From positions 25,432 through 89,431 of the forward strand of contig JAVKIP010000012.1 in NCBI GenBank assembly GCA_031459385.1: DNA of 64,000 nucleotides, given 5' to 3'. The DNA comes from Candidatus Fervidifonticultor secundus. Its GTDB lineage: Bacteria; Sysuimicrobiota; Sysuimicrobiia; Sysuimicrobiales; Humicultoraceae. Under the pieces are notes generated by a model that had not been told where the DNA came from, did no database searches, and worked only from the letters and a program-made list of their open reading frames with translations. Of this stretch, positions 46,024 to 56,300 are shown in pieces (within the stretch, counting starts at the first letter, position 1; the number at the start of each line of letters is the position of its first letter). The position numbers and the translations under genes are program-made.

Positions 46024-46874
46024 TCGCGGCGCCCTGCGCGGTCCCGCGCGCCCTCAGCGCGCGGTCGGCTGCTCCGGCTGCCGCGGCCGACGACCGCCGC
46101 CGCCCCGAAGAGCCCCAGCGCCACCAGGACGATGGCGCCGCCTGCGGCTACGTCAAGGTAGAATGCCGCCACCAGCCCCAGGACCACCGCGGCCAGGGCG
46201 AAGACGACCGCGGCGACCACCGTGCCGCGGAACGACGTGGCGACGCGCATGGCGGCCAGGGCCGGGACGACCAGCAGGGCGCTCACCAGGAGGATGCCCA
46301 CGATCCGCATGGACAGCACCACCACCAGCGCGGTGAGCACCGTCAGCACCAGGTTGAGCAGGCCGACCGGCATGCCGCTGGTGCGCGCCGCCTCCTCGTC
46401 CAGCGTCACCGCGAAGAAGTCCTTGTACAGGCGCAGCACGACAGCGGCCGCGACCGCCCCCAGGCCGCCCATCACGCGCAGGTCGGCGGGCCCCACGGTC
46501 GTAATGCTGCCGAACAGGTACGCGAAGAGGTCGACCGTGAAGCCGCGGGCCAGGCTGAGCAGCACGATGGCCACCGCCAGCCCGCCGGAGAGGAACACCG
46601 CCAGGGCCGCGTCGCCGGAGAGGTGCCCGCGCGTGCGCAGCGTCTCGATGCCGACCCCGCCCGCCACCGCCACGACCAGCGCGCCGGCCAGCGGCGGGGC
46701 GCCCGCGAAGAGCCCGAGGGCCACGCCGGCCAGGGCGACGTGCGCCAGCGTATCGGCGATCAGCGCCAGCCGGCGCAGCACCAGGAAGACCCCGATGAGC
46801 GGACAGACCACGGCCGCGATCACGCCGGCCAGCAGCGCCCGCTGCATGAAGCCGTGCTGGAGGATCTCGGGCAT
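46020..46874 (-). CDS. znuB: Zn/Mn ABC transporter permease
   Basis: FMQRALLAG, DTLAHVALAG, YLFGSI and IVGILLVSALLVVP motifs. Confidence 0.9.
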   Translation of the reverse strand: MPEILQHGFMQRALLAGVIAAVVCPLIGVFLVLRRLALIADTLAHVALAGVALGLFAGAPPLAGALVVAVAGGVGIETLRTRGHLSGDAALAVFLSGGLAVAIVLLSLARGFTVDLFAYLFGSITTVGPADLRVMGGLGAVAAAVVLRLYKDFFAVTLDEEAARTSGMPVGLLNLVLTVLTALVVVLSMRIVGILLVSALLVVPALAAMRVATSFRGTVVAAVVFALAAVVLGLVAAFYLDVAAGGAIVLVALGLFGAAAVVGRGSRSSRPRAEGARDRAGRRD

Positions 46875-46881
46875 GCCGGGC

Positions 46882-47724
46882 TCAGCGGGTCAGGTGCTCG
46901 CGGAGCCGGGCGACCGCCGTTGGCAGCACCACGTCCAGCCGGTAGCCCGGGAAGCGCGTGCGCAGCGCCTCGACGATCCCCTCGTCGGTCCAGCCGGCGG
47001 CCAGGCCGTCGCGCACCACCGCCTCGACGGCATCGTGGTAGGCCGCCTGCAGGTCGATGACTTCCGGGCCGGCGACGGGGCCGTGGCCCGGGACGAAGAC
47101 GTCGGCGTCCAGCGAGCGCAGGGCGTCGAGCCCACGCCGCAGCTGGTCCAGCCGCGCGTGCTCGTAGTTGTAGTGGTAGCCGTTGAACACCAAATCACCG
47201 GCGATCGCCACCCGCTCCGCCGGAACGTAGACGAAAGCGTCGCCGGGCGTGTGCACCCATCCCGGGTGCCACACCTCGACCTCGAGCCCCCCGGCGTGTA
47301 CCGTCAGCGTCTCCTCGAAGGTCACCACCGGCGAGACGACCTCGGCGTCGGCGAACAACTCCGCGGTCTCCGCCCGGGCCCGACGCTGGGCGATCAACGC
47401 CGGGTGCTCGGCCAGCATGTGCTCCCGGCACAGGTGGTGGGCGATCACCGCGGCGCCCTGGCGCGCGAACCACGCGGCGCCCAGCGTGTGATCGGTGTGG
47501 TGGTGCGTCAGCACCACGGCCCGCACCGGGGCCGCCGTGTGCGCCCGCAGGGCCAGCTCGACCTGCCGGGCGTGGGCCGGCGCGATCAGCGGGTCCACCA
47601 GCACCACGCCGTCGGTCCCCACGATCGCCGCGCAGTTGGTCCCGTAGGCCGCCTGGATCGCGTCTTCGCCGAACGTCCAGACGAACACGCGGTCTCCGAT
47701 CTGGTATTCCGTCAGTGCGCTCAT
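46882..47724 (-). CDS. MBL-fold metallohydrolase (cyclase-like)
   Basis: THHHTDHTLG, HTPGD, AGDL and VPGHG motifs. Confidence 0.88.
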   Translation of the reverse strand: MSALTEYQIGDRVFVWTFGEDAIQAAYGTNCAAIVGTDGVVLVDPLIAPAHARQVELALRAHTAAPVRAVVLTHHHTDHTLGAAWFARQGAAVIAHHLCREHMLAEHPALIAQRRARAETAELFADAEVVSPVVTFEETLTVHAGGLEVEVWHPGWVHTPGDAFVYVPAERVAIAGDLVFNGYHYNYEHARLDQLRRGLDALRSLDADVFVPGHGPVAGPEVIDLQAAYHDAVEAVVRDGLAAGWTDEGIVEALRTRFPGYRLDVVLPTAVARLREHLTR

Positions 47725-47747
47725 ACTATGGTATTCTGTGTGGGGCC

Positions 47748-48659
47748 ATGAGTCCCTCGGCCGTGCTGCTGATGGCGTACGGAACCCCCGCCGCGCTGGA
47801 CGACGTGGCCGCCTACTACACCCACATCCGCCGGGGCCGGCCGCCGACGCCCGCGGAGGTCGCCCACCTGGTGGAGCGCTACCGCGCCATCGGCGGCACC
47901 TCGCCGTTGCTGGCCATCACCCGCGAGGTGGCGGCTGCGCTCAGCGCGCGCCTGGGCCTCCCGGTCTACGTCGGCATGAAGCACTGGCACCCGTTCATCG
48001 CCGACGTGGTGGCGCAGATGCACCAGGACGGGATCGCCCGGGCTGCGGCGGTGGTGCTGGCGCCGCACTACTCGCGCTTGAGCGTCGGCGCCTACCTGGA
48101 GGCAGCGCAGGAAGCCGCTGCCCGGTGCGGCGGCCCCGCGCTGGCGGCCGTGGAGGCCTGGCACCTGCACCCGGGCCTCGTGGCCGTCCTGGCCGACCGC
48201 GTGCGCACCACGCTGGGCCGCCTGCCTGCGGAGGCGCATCTGCTGTTCACGGCGCACAGCCTGCCCAAGCGCATCCTTGAGTGGGGCGATCCCTACCCGG
48301 CGCAGCTCGTAGCCTCGGCGCGGGCGGTGGCCGCCGCCGCCGGCGCGGCCCGCTGGTCCTTCGCGTTCCAGAGCGCGAGCGCCACCGGCGAGCCCTGGCT
48401 GGGCCCCGACGTGCTGGACGCGCTGCGCGACCTGCAGGCCACGGGGACGCGCGACGTGGTCGTCTGTCCCATCGGCTTCGTCGCCGACCACCTGGAAGTG
48501 CTCTACGACCTGGACGTCGAGGCCGCCGGGCTGGCCGCCGCGCTGGGCATGCGCCTGGTACGCACCCCCTCCCTCAACGCGTCGCCGGCGTTCGTCGAGG
48601 TGCTGGCCGACGTCGCCGCCACGGCGCTGGGGGCTCCGCAGATCGCGTCCCGTCAGTGA
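47748..48659 (+). CDS. hemH: Ferrochelatase (Bacillus-like coproporphyrin ferrochelatase type)
   Basis: LLMAYGTP, YYTHIRRGRPP, GMKHWHP, FTAHSLP, WLGPDV and GFVADHLEVLYDLD motifs. Confidence 0.93.
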   Translation: MSPSAVLLMAYGTPAALDDVAAYYTHIRRGRPPTPAEVAHLVERYRAIGGTSPLLAITREVAAALSARLGLPVYVGMKHWHPFIADVVAQMHQDGIARAAAVVLAPHYSRLSVGAYLEAAQEAAARCGGPALAAVEAWHLHPGLVAVLADRVRTTLGRLPAEAHLLFTAHSLPKRILEWGDPYPAQLVASARAVAAAAGAARWSFAFQSASATGEPWLGPDVLDALRDLQATGTRDVVVCPIGFVADHLEVLYDLDVEAAGLAAALGMRLVRTPSLNASPAFVEVLADVAATALGAPQIASRQ

Positions 48660-49474
48660 ACGTGGGAGACGACCCGCACGCCGGTGTGGTAGAGGGCCCG
48701 GAGCGCGTCGCTTTCCAGGAAGGCCGCGGGCGCGCCGTGATAGACCAGGATCCCGTTGAGGCAGGCCAGCGTCGTCACCTCCGACGCGATCACGCCCACA
48801 TCGTGGGAAACCATGATGAGCGTCACCCCCAGGTCGCGATGGAGGTGCCGCAAGAGTGCGTAGAAGCGCGCCTGGGCGTCGGCATCCACGCCCACGAGCG
48901 GCTCGTCCAGCACCAGCAGCTCCGGCTCGCTGGCCATAGCCCGCGCGATGAACGCCCGCTGCTGCTGGCCCGCGGACAACGTGCCGATGGGGCGGTCGCG
49001 CAGGTCGGCCAGCCCCACCATCTCCAGGGCCCAGTCGACGGCGCGGCGGTCTGCGGGCGAGAAGCTGCGGCCGACGCCCGCCCGCGCCGCCCGGCCGCTC
49101 TGCACGACCTCCGCCACGGTGGCCGGGAAGCGCGCCTCGAGGCTGGCGACCCGCTGCGGCACGTAGCCGACGCGGTGCCACTGGCGAAACCGCGGCAGCG
49201 CCGTACCGAAGAGCCGCACGGTCCCGCACTGCGGCCGGAGCAGCCCCACCACGATCTTGACGAAGGTCGTCTTGCCCGACCCGTTGGGGCCGATGATGCC
49301 CAGGAAGTCGCCGGCGGCGACGGTGAGCGTGATGTCGTGAAGCACCCGCTCGCCGTCGTAGGCGAAGCACACGCCGCGCACCTCCACGACCGGCGCGCGC
49401 TGTCCGGGCGCGCGGCGAGGCCCGGGGGCCGGCTCCGCCGGCCGGGCGGGCCGCGGCGGCTGCGCCCGGCTCAC
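48653..49474 (-). CDS. znuC: Zn/Mn ABC transporter ATP-binding protein
   Basis: GPNGSGKT, GYVPQ, LSAGQQQR, LDEP and VSHD motifs; C-terminal HVH. Confidence 0.9.
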   Translation of the reverse strand: MSRAQPPRPARPAEPAPGPRRAPGQRAPVVEVRGVCFAYDGERVLHDITLTVAAGDFLGIIGPNGSGKTTFVKIVVGLLRPQCGTVRLFGTALPRFRQWHRVGYVPQRVASLEARFPATVAEVVQSGRAARAGVGRSFSPADRRAVDWALEMVGLADLRDRPIGTLSAGQQQRAFIARAMASEPELLVLDEPLVGVDADAQARFYALLRHLHRDLGVTLIMVSHDVGVIASEVTTLACLNGILVYHGAPAAFLESDALRALYHTGVRVVSHVH

Positions 49475-50391
49475 GGCGTGCACCCCAGCTCGGCGCGCAG
49501 CGTGCGCAGGTTGCGCCGCATGACGCGGAAGTAGTCGTCGCCGCCCGCAGGCGCCAGGCTCTCCAGCGGGTCGAGGGACGCCGTGCGTGCGCCGATCTCC
49601 CGCGCCACCGCCTCGGCCACACGCGCGGCGCCCAGCGGCTCGACGAAGACCGTCCGCACGCCGCGCAGCCGCAGGGCACCGGCCAGCACGGCCGCCGAGC
49701 CGGGCGCCGGATCCGCCTCCGGGATCACACCGGCCAGGCCCAGGTGCTCGAGGCTGTAGCGCCGGGCCAGGTATGCGAACGCGGTGTGCGTCGTCACCAG
49801 CATGCGGGTCCCGCACTGCGCCAGCCCGGCCTGGTACTCAGCGTGCAGCCGCTCCAGGTCGGCCCGCGTGCGCGCGGCCCCGTCGCGGTAGACCCTGGCC
49901 CCATCGGGGTCGGCGGCGACCAACGCGAATGCGATGGCTTCGACGATCTGCTGCGCCAGCACCGGGTCGAGCCAGACGTGGGGATCCCACCCGTCCTGGC
50001 CCTGGGCGCCCGGGCGGCCGGCCGCCCGGATGAGCGGCAAGCCGCCGGTCGCCCGCACGACGCCCACGCGGCGCGGCAGGGTCGGCACCACCCGGCCCAC
50101 CCACGGCTCGAACCCGACGCCGACGTAGACGAACAGCCGCGCCCGCGCCACCGCGGCCAGGTCCTGCGGCGAGGGTTCGTAGTCGTGGGCCTCGATCCCC
50201 GGCGGCACCAGCACTCGGGTGGCCACGCGTTCCGCGCCCACGCGCTGCGCGAACTCGGCCAGCGGGGCGATGGTGGCCACGACCGGCACCCGCGCCCTAC
50301 CCTGCCGCCACGCGCCGAGCCGCGTGATCGCCACCAGCGCCACCACCAGCGCGGCGACCACTCCAACGGCCATCACGATGCGACCCAGCAC
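49471..50391 (-). CDS. znuA: Zn ABC transporter substrate-binding protein
   Basis: EAHDYEPSP, DPHVWLDP, HTAFAYLA and LDPLES metal-site motifs. Confidence 0.88.
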   Translation of the reverse strand: MLGRIVMAVGVVAALVVALVAITRLGAWRQGRARVPVVATIAPLAEFAQRVGAERVATRVLVPPGIEAHDYEPSPQDLAAVARARLFVYVGVGFEPWVGRVVPTLPRRVGVVRATGGLPLIRAAGRPGAQGQDGWDPHVWLDPVLAQQIVEAIAFALVAADPDGARVYRDGAARTRADLERLHAEYQAGLAQCGTRMLVTTHTAFAYLARRYSLEHLGLAGVIPEADPAPGSAAVLAGALRLRGVRTVFVEPLGAARVAEAVAREIGARTASLDPLESLAPAGGDDYFRVMRRNLRTLRAELGCTP

Positions 50392-50399
50392 GACTGGCG

Positions 50400-50795
50400 C
50401 TAGCCGCCTGCGGCCTGGCAGGCCGCGCAGACCCCGTAGATCTCCAGCTGGTGTCCGGTGATGCGGAACCCGGCGGGCAGGCGGCGCGGCGCGCGGGGCA
50501 CGACGCAGGGGCGCAGGGCCTGGAAGCGGCCGCAGCGCAGGCAGACAGCGTGGTCGTGGTGCTTGGCGGCCAGCCCGTAGCGGACGCCCCCGTCGGCCAG
50601 GTACGCCGGCTCCACCAGGCCGCTGCGGACGAACAGTTCCACGGCCCGGTAGACCGTGGCCAGCCCGACCCGGTGCCCCCGCCGCCGCAGCCGCCGGTGG
50701 ATCTCCTCCGCCGTCAGGTGACAGCCCGCCCGCTCGAGGATCCGGAGGATGCTCGCGCGCTGGCGTGTCTGTCGGTGGGGCGGACTCAGGCGCAT
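50400..50795 (-). CDS. zur: Fur-family regulator, probably Zur
   Basis: HLTAEEI, GLATVYR, HHDHAVCLRCG and GVCAAC motifs; first gene of the znu unit. Confidence 0.8.
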   Translation of the reverse strand: MRLSPPHRQTRQRASILRILERAGCHLTAEEIHRRLRRRGHRVGLATVYRAVELFVRSGLVEPAYLADGGVRYGLAAKHHDHAVCLRCGRFQALRPCVVPRAPRRLPAGFRITGHQLEIYGVCAACQAAGG

Positions 50796-50806
50796 GCGCG
50801 GCCTAC

Positions 50807-50823
50807 TTGAGAATTGTTTTCAA
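50807..50823. promoter_or_regulatory. Zur/Fur-type box
   Basis: TTGAGAAT-T-GTTTTCAA imperfect palindrome resembling the actinobacterial Zur box (TTGAAAATnATTTTCAA), between the promoter and the zur ATG. Confidence 0.7.
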
Positions 50824-50831
50824 CCCGGTCC

Positions 50832-50861
50832 ATCGTAGGCGTCGGCCTCCGCTGCTGTCAA
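50832..50861 (-). promoter_or_regulatory. Sigma-70-type promoter for zur-znuA-znuC
   Basis: TTGACA-N18-TACGAT on the minus strand. Confidence 0.6.
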
Positions 50862-51171
50862 GCGGCGGCCGGCGCGGCGGCCTGAACCCTGAACCGAGAA
50901 CGATGATGGGCGACGCGCCCTGAGGAAGACGCTGGCGCGGCCGGCCCGGGGGAGGCAAGGGGATGCGACGGTGCGCCCAGTTGCCCGCAGGGCGCCGCGC
51001 AGGGGAAATCAGACCAGGCGCCGGTACGCCGTGCCGGAGTCGGCGACCAACGCGTGCTCCCCGGTGGGCCGACCGCGCCATCTCCAACGTCCTGGCGACG
51101 GCGCGGGCCCTCGAACGGGCCGCCGGGAAACGACGACGCGAGCGCCGGGAAGCACTCGCGTTCGTGGTGCT

Positions 51172-51257
51172 TCCTCTTCGGCAACCCGGCCGACCACCCT
51201 CGGTGGCCCCGTCGGCTTTGCGTCCCCGGATCGCTCCGGGTTTGCCCGTTCGGAGGT
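51172..51257 (-). ncRNA. c-di-GMP-I (GEMM) riboswitch aptamer
   Basis: Minus strand CCUC-CGAAC-GGGCAAA-CCCGGA-GCGA-UCCGGG-GACGCAAA-GCCGACGG-GGCCACC-GAG-GGUGGUC-GGCCGGGUUGCCGAA-GAGG: the GGCAAAC, GGACGCAAAGCC and GUUGCCG hallmarks, a GNRA-capped P2 and a closing P1 are all present. Confidence 0.88.
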
Positions 51258-51286
51258 TCGCCGCGCTATTCGATTGGGTAGAGCTT

Positions 51287-51315
51287 ATGCTAGCGCATTC
51301 GCGCCATTTTGGCAA
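51287..51315 (-). promoter_or_regulatory. Sigma-70-type promoter upstream of the riboswitch
   Basis: TTGCCA-N17-TAGCAT on the minus strand, about 30 nt before the aptamer. Confidence 0.55.
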
Positions 51316-51419
51316 CGCCAGTTCGGCAGAGGTTCATCGGAGGGTCCACAGAACTCCCCTGCCCGGCCAGCGGGCGGACCCGAGGAGGAACTGCGGCGCG
51401 CCGCCAGAACGCAACGCGC

Positions 51420-52154
51420 GTGCAGGATCTGGAGCGCCTGGCCCATCGCCTAGTGGCGTGGCTGCGCGCCCGCGCCGACGATGCCGGCGCGGTGGGCGCG
51501 GTCGTGGGCATCTCCGGGGGCGTCGACTCGGCGACGGCCGCCGCCCTGTGCCTGCGGGCCTTTCCCGATACGACCCTCGGGGTGCTGATGCCGTGCCACT
51601 CGGACGCGCGCCACCTGGACGACGCGCAGGCGGTCTGTGCGGCGCTACGCCTGCCGTGTACGCTCGTGGTCCTCGACGGCGTCTACGACGCGCTGGTGGC
51701 CGCCCTGCAGACGACCGCACAGTTCGTCGACCACCGGCTCGCGCTGGCCAACCTCAAACCCCGCCTGCGCATGACCACGCTCTACTTCTTCGCCAACAGC
51801 CTCAACCGGCTCGTGGTCGGCACCGGCAACCGCAGCGAGCTCGCGGTGGGGTACTTCACCAAGTACGGCGACGGTGGCGTAGACGTCCTGCCGCTCGGCG
51901 GTCTCACCAAGACCGAGGTGCGGGCGCTGGCCCGCTCCCTGGGCATCCCCGAGGCGGTCGTCCACCGTACGCCCACGGCCGGGCTGTGGCCCGGGCAGAC
52001 CGACGAGCAGGAGATGGGTGTGACCTACGCCGTGCTCGACCGGTACCTGCGCACGGGCGAGGCCCCGGAGGACGCGCGCCAGCGCATCGAGCGGCTGCAC
52101 GCCGCGAGCGAGCACAAGCGGCGGCCGCCGCCTATCCCCGACCTGCGCGCCTGA
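51420..52154 (+). CDS. nadE: NH3-dependent NAD+ synthetase
   Basis: GISGGVDS, NLKPRLRM, GTGNRSE, GYFTKYGDG and PTAGLWPGQTDE motifs; no glutaminase domain. Confidence 0.93.
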   Translation: MQDLERLAHRLVAWLRARADDAGAVGAVVGISGGVDSATAAALCLRAFPDTTLGVLMPCHSDARHLDDAQAVCAALRLPCTLVVLDGVYDALVAALQTTAQFVDHRLALANLKPRLRMTTLYFFANSLNRLVVGTGNRSELAVGYFTKYGDGGVDVLPLGGLTKTEVRALARSLGIPEAVVHRTPTAGLWPGQTDEQEMGVTYAVLDRYLRTGEAPEDARQRIERLHAASEHKRRPPPIPDLRA

Positions 52155-52187
52155 CCGCCGGCGTGTCGCGCGGGCTCCCCGCCTGAG

Positions 52188-53274
52188 GTGGCCCAGCCCC
52201 GGCGCGCCTCCGGCGCGCCCACGAGCTGGCTTCTGGCCCTGGCCGCGGTGGAAGTGGCCACGATGCTGCCCTATATGAGCTACTCCGCTGCCCTGCCGCT
52301 GCTCCGGCAGGCGTGGGCGCTGTCGGCCTCGCAGGCCGGCGCGATCTTCGCCTGCCAGCAGATCGGCTACACGCTGGCCGTGCTGGTCCTGGGCAGCCTG
52401 ACCGACCGCCCGCGCCGTGGTCGGTGCAGGCCTGGCGGGAACCTACGTGCCCGGTATGCGGCTCGTGGCGGAGCGCGCGACGCCGGCGCGCCGCGGCGCA
52501 GCCATGGGCATCTACATCGCCGCGTTCAGCATCGGGACCGCCGCCTCGCTCTTCATGACGGGCGGCCTCCTGCGCGCCGGGCTGCGCGTGGCGTTCCTGG
52601 TCACGGCGCTGGGACCGCTGGCCGCCGCGGTGGCCGCTGGCCCGCTGCTGATCGAGCCGGCACGCCGGACCGCCGGCGCGCCCCTGCCGCCGGTCGGCGC
52701 CGTGCTGCGCAATACGCGCGCGATGCGCTTCATCCTGGCCTACGCCGCCCACAACTGGGAGCTGTTCGGCATGCGCACGTGGATGCCGGCGTTCCTGGCG
52801 GCCGCCTGGCAGGCCGCCGGCCGCCCGTTGCAGGACGCCGCAGCCCTGGGCGCGGCGCTGTCCGGGGTGACGCTGCTGGGCAGCGCGGCGTCCAATGCGG
52901 CCGGCGGCTGGGCATCCGACCGCCTGGGGCGGGCGCGCACGATTCGCGCCGTCCTGGCCGCCTCGGCGGGCTGCTCGCTCGCGCTGGGGTGGACGCTGCC
53001 GCTGGGCGTCGCGGCGGTGGTGGCCGTCGCGCTACTGTACGGCGTGCTGGCGACCGGCGAGTCGTCCACGCTGTCTGCGGCGGTGGCGGAGTCGGCCGCG
53101 CCGGGCACGCTGGGCCGGACGCTGGCGGTGCAGTCGTCGCTGGGGTTCGTCGTCACGGCCATCGCGCCGGCCCTGTTCGGCCTGATCCTCGATGTGACCG
53201 GGCAGTGGGGGTGGGCGTTCGCTTCGCTCGGTGTCGCAGCGCTGCTGGGCGTGGCGGTGACCCCGCGGCGCTGA
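52188..53274 (+). pseudogene. MFS transporter disrupted by an internal deletion and frameshift
   Basis: N-terminal frame ends at the MFS motif GSLTDR (about 52410); the protein resumes in another frame as RAVVGAGLAGTYVPGM; the TM3 region expected between them is absent. Confidence 0.75.
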
Positions 53275-53325
53275 CGGCCCGAGGGGCCAGGGTATAATGA
53301 CAGTTACGGTGTTTCCAGAGTTGCT

Positions 53326-56300
53326 GTGGAGAGGTGTGTGCTGACGGGGGTGCTGGCGCTCCTGCGCGGGGCGCCCGAGTACAACCTGGTGCGTGATGCG
53401 CTGCGCGCGGGCGCCTCGCCGGCGGTGCTGGGGCCGACGGCCAGCGCGGCGGCCGCCCTCGTCGCGGCCGTCGTCACCGACCCCTCGCTGCCGACCCGCC
53501 CCGCGCTGGTCATCGCGCCGTCGCAGGACGTGGCCGAGCGGCTGGCCGATGACCTCCGCGCGCTGCTGCACGGCGCGGACCTCCAGGTGCACGTCTTCCC
53601 GGCGGGCCCGGGCCCGCTCTGCGGCGAGGACGACGCTTCTGACGACGCGCGCGCGGCAGCGGATGCCGCGGTGGGCGCGCGGCTCGAGATCCTGGAGGCG
53701 CTCGGACGTCCACCGGGCGGTGACGCGGCTGGCCCCGACCTCGCGCCCTTGCGCTCCGTCGTGGCGATCGCCTCGGTTGAGTCGGCGGTCGAGCCGTTGC
53801 TCCCTCCCGCCGCTCTCCAGGCGGCGACGCTCGTGCTGCAGCCCGGCGCGTACCTCCTCCGCGACCAGCTCGTGGCCGGTCTGCAGGCCGCGGGCTATGA
53901 GCGCGTGAGCCTGGTGGCCGGCCCCGGAGAGTTCGCCGTGCGCGGCGACGTGGTCGACGTGTTCCCGATCGGCGCCTCAGAGCCCATGCGCGCGGACCTG
54001 TGGGGCGACGAGGTCGAACGGTTGCGCGCGCTCGACGTCGCGACGCAGCGCGCGGGCCGCGCGCTGCCGGCCGCGCGCATCTGGCCCGCGCGCATCGCCG
54101 CGACAGCGTCCACCGGCGCGGCGCCGCTGGCCGCCTTCCTGGCGCCAGGCGGCCTGCTGGTGCTCTACGAGCCCGCGGAGAGCGAGACGCGCGCGGCCGA
54201 GCTGGTCGAACGCGCGGCGCGGGCGGGCAGGACGGCGCCCCTGGCATGGGCGGTGGCCAGCGACGGCGGGGCGGGCCGGGCGCGCTTGGCGGTGGCAGGT
54301 GCCCGGTGCGGCCAGGGCGCTTGGACCGAGGTGCGCCTGCCGGCCGGCGGCATTGAGGCCTTCGGCGGACAGACCCACCTGCTGGCGCAGGCCCTGAGCG
54401 GTCTGCTGCGCGAGGGTCTCCGCGTCGTCATCGCCTCGGCCCAGGCCGCCCGCGTCGCCGACATCCTGGCCGACGCTGGCGTAGACGTCGGCCTGGCGGG
54501 GGCGCTGGTCGACCCACCGCCCGCCGGACGCGTGCTGGCGGTGCCCGCGCGCCTGCACCGCGGCTTCCGTCTCGACGCGGCCGGCCTGGCGGTGGTCACC
54601 GACAGCGAGATCGTGGGCTGGCGCCGCCGCCGGGCGCGCATGCGGTACCTGCGCGACGGCGCGCGGCTCACCTCGTGGGCGGACCTCACGCCCGGCGACC
54701 TGGTGGTCCACGTCCACCACGGCATCGGGCGCTACCGGGGGCTGGTGCAGCTGCCCGTGGACGGCTCGACGCGCGAGTACCTGCTCCTCGAGTACGCGCA
54801 GGACGACCGGCTCTACGTGCCGGTGGAGCAGATCCATCTGGTGCAGCGGTACATCGGCGCCGAGGGCGAGCAGCCGCGGCTGCACCGGCTCGGCGGCGCC
54901 GACTGGGAGCGCGAGAAGCGTCGGGTGAAGGATGCCGCGCGGGAGATGGCGGCCGAGCTGCTGACCCTCTACGCCGCGCGTGCCTCCACGCCGGGCCACG
55001 CCTTCGGCCCCGACACGCCCTGGCAGCGCGAGATGGAAGCGGCCTTCCCCTACACCGAGACGCCGCACCAGCTGAAGGCCATCGAGGACGTCAAGCGCGA
55101 CATGGAGGCGCCGCGGCCGATGGACCGGCTCGTGGCCGGGGACGTGGGCTACGGGAAGACCGAGGTCGCGCTGCGGGCGGCGTTCAAGGCGGTGATGGAC
55201 GGCAAGCAGGTGGCCGTCGTCGTCCCCACGACGATCCTGGCCCAGCAGCACTACAGCGTGTTCGCCGAGCGCTTCGCCCCGTTCCCGGTGACGGTGGAGC
55301 TCCTCAGCCGCTTCCGGACGCCCGCCGAGCAGAAGGAGATTCTGGCGCAGACGGCTGCGGGCCTGGTGGACGTGCTCATCGGCACCCACCGGCTGCTGGC
55401 ACGCGACGTGGTGTTCCGGGACCTGGGCCTGGTCATCATCGACGAGGAGCAGCGCTTTGGCGTGCGGCACAAAGAGCACCTCAAGACGCTGCGCAAGCAG
55501 GTGGACGTGCTGACCCTGACGGCCACCCCGATCCCGCGCACGCTGCACATGGCCCTGAGCGGCCTGCGCGACCTCACGGTGATGGAGACGCCACCCGAGG
55601 CCCGGCTGCCGATCCACACCGAGATCCGGCCCGACGACGACGGCCTCCTGGTCGAGGCGATCCGCCGCGAGCTGGGCCGCGGGGGCCAGGTCTACGTCGT
55701 CCACAACCGCGTCGAGACCATCGACCGGGCCGCGCGCCGCATCCGGCACCTGGTGCCCGAGGCCACGGTGGCCGTGGCGCATGGGCAGATGCCCGAAGAG
55801 CGCCTGGAAGGCGTGATGATGGACTTCCTGGGCGGACGCGTCGCCGTGCTGGTCTGCACGACGATCGTCGAGATCGGCCTGGACATCCCGCAGGTCAACA
55901 CCATCATCATCGAAGACGCACACCGGCTGGGGCTGGCGCAGCTCTACCAGCTGCGGGGTCGGGTGGGTCGGGCCGACCGTCAGGCGTACTGCTACCTGCT
56001 CTACCCGCGCCACCTGCCGCTGACCCCGGAGGCCGAGCAGCGGCTGCGCGCCATGGCCGAGTTCGTGGAGCTGGGCTCGGGGCTGGGGCTGGCGATGCGC
56101 GACCTGGAGATCCGCGGCGCCGGGAACCTGCTCGGCCCCGAGCAGCACGGGCACATCGCCGCGGTCGGCTTCGACCTCTACTGCCGGCTGCTCGACGAAG
56201 CCATCCGCGAGGCGAAGGGCGAGATCGTGGAAGAGCCGCGCGATCCCACCCTGGAGCTGGGCGTGGACGCGCGCCTGCCCGCGGCATTCCTGCCGGACGA

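Noticed and set aside
50803..51315. 170-aa minus-strand ORF as the riboswitch-controlled gene
   Set aside because: It runs through the aptamer, the promoter and the Zur box, is Arg/Pro-rich and low in complexity, and lacks coding-like codon bias.
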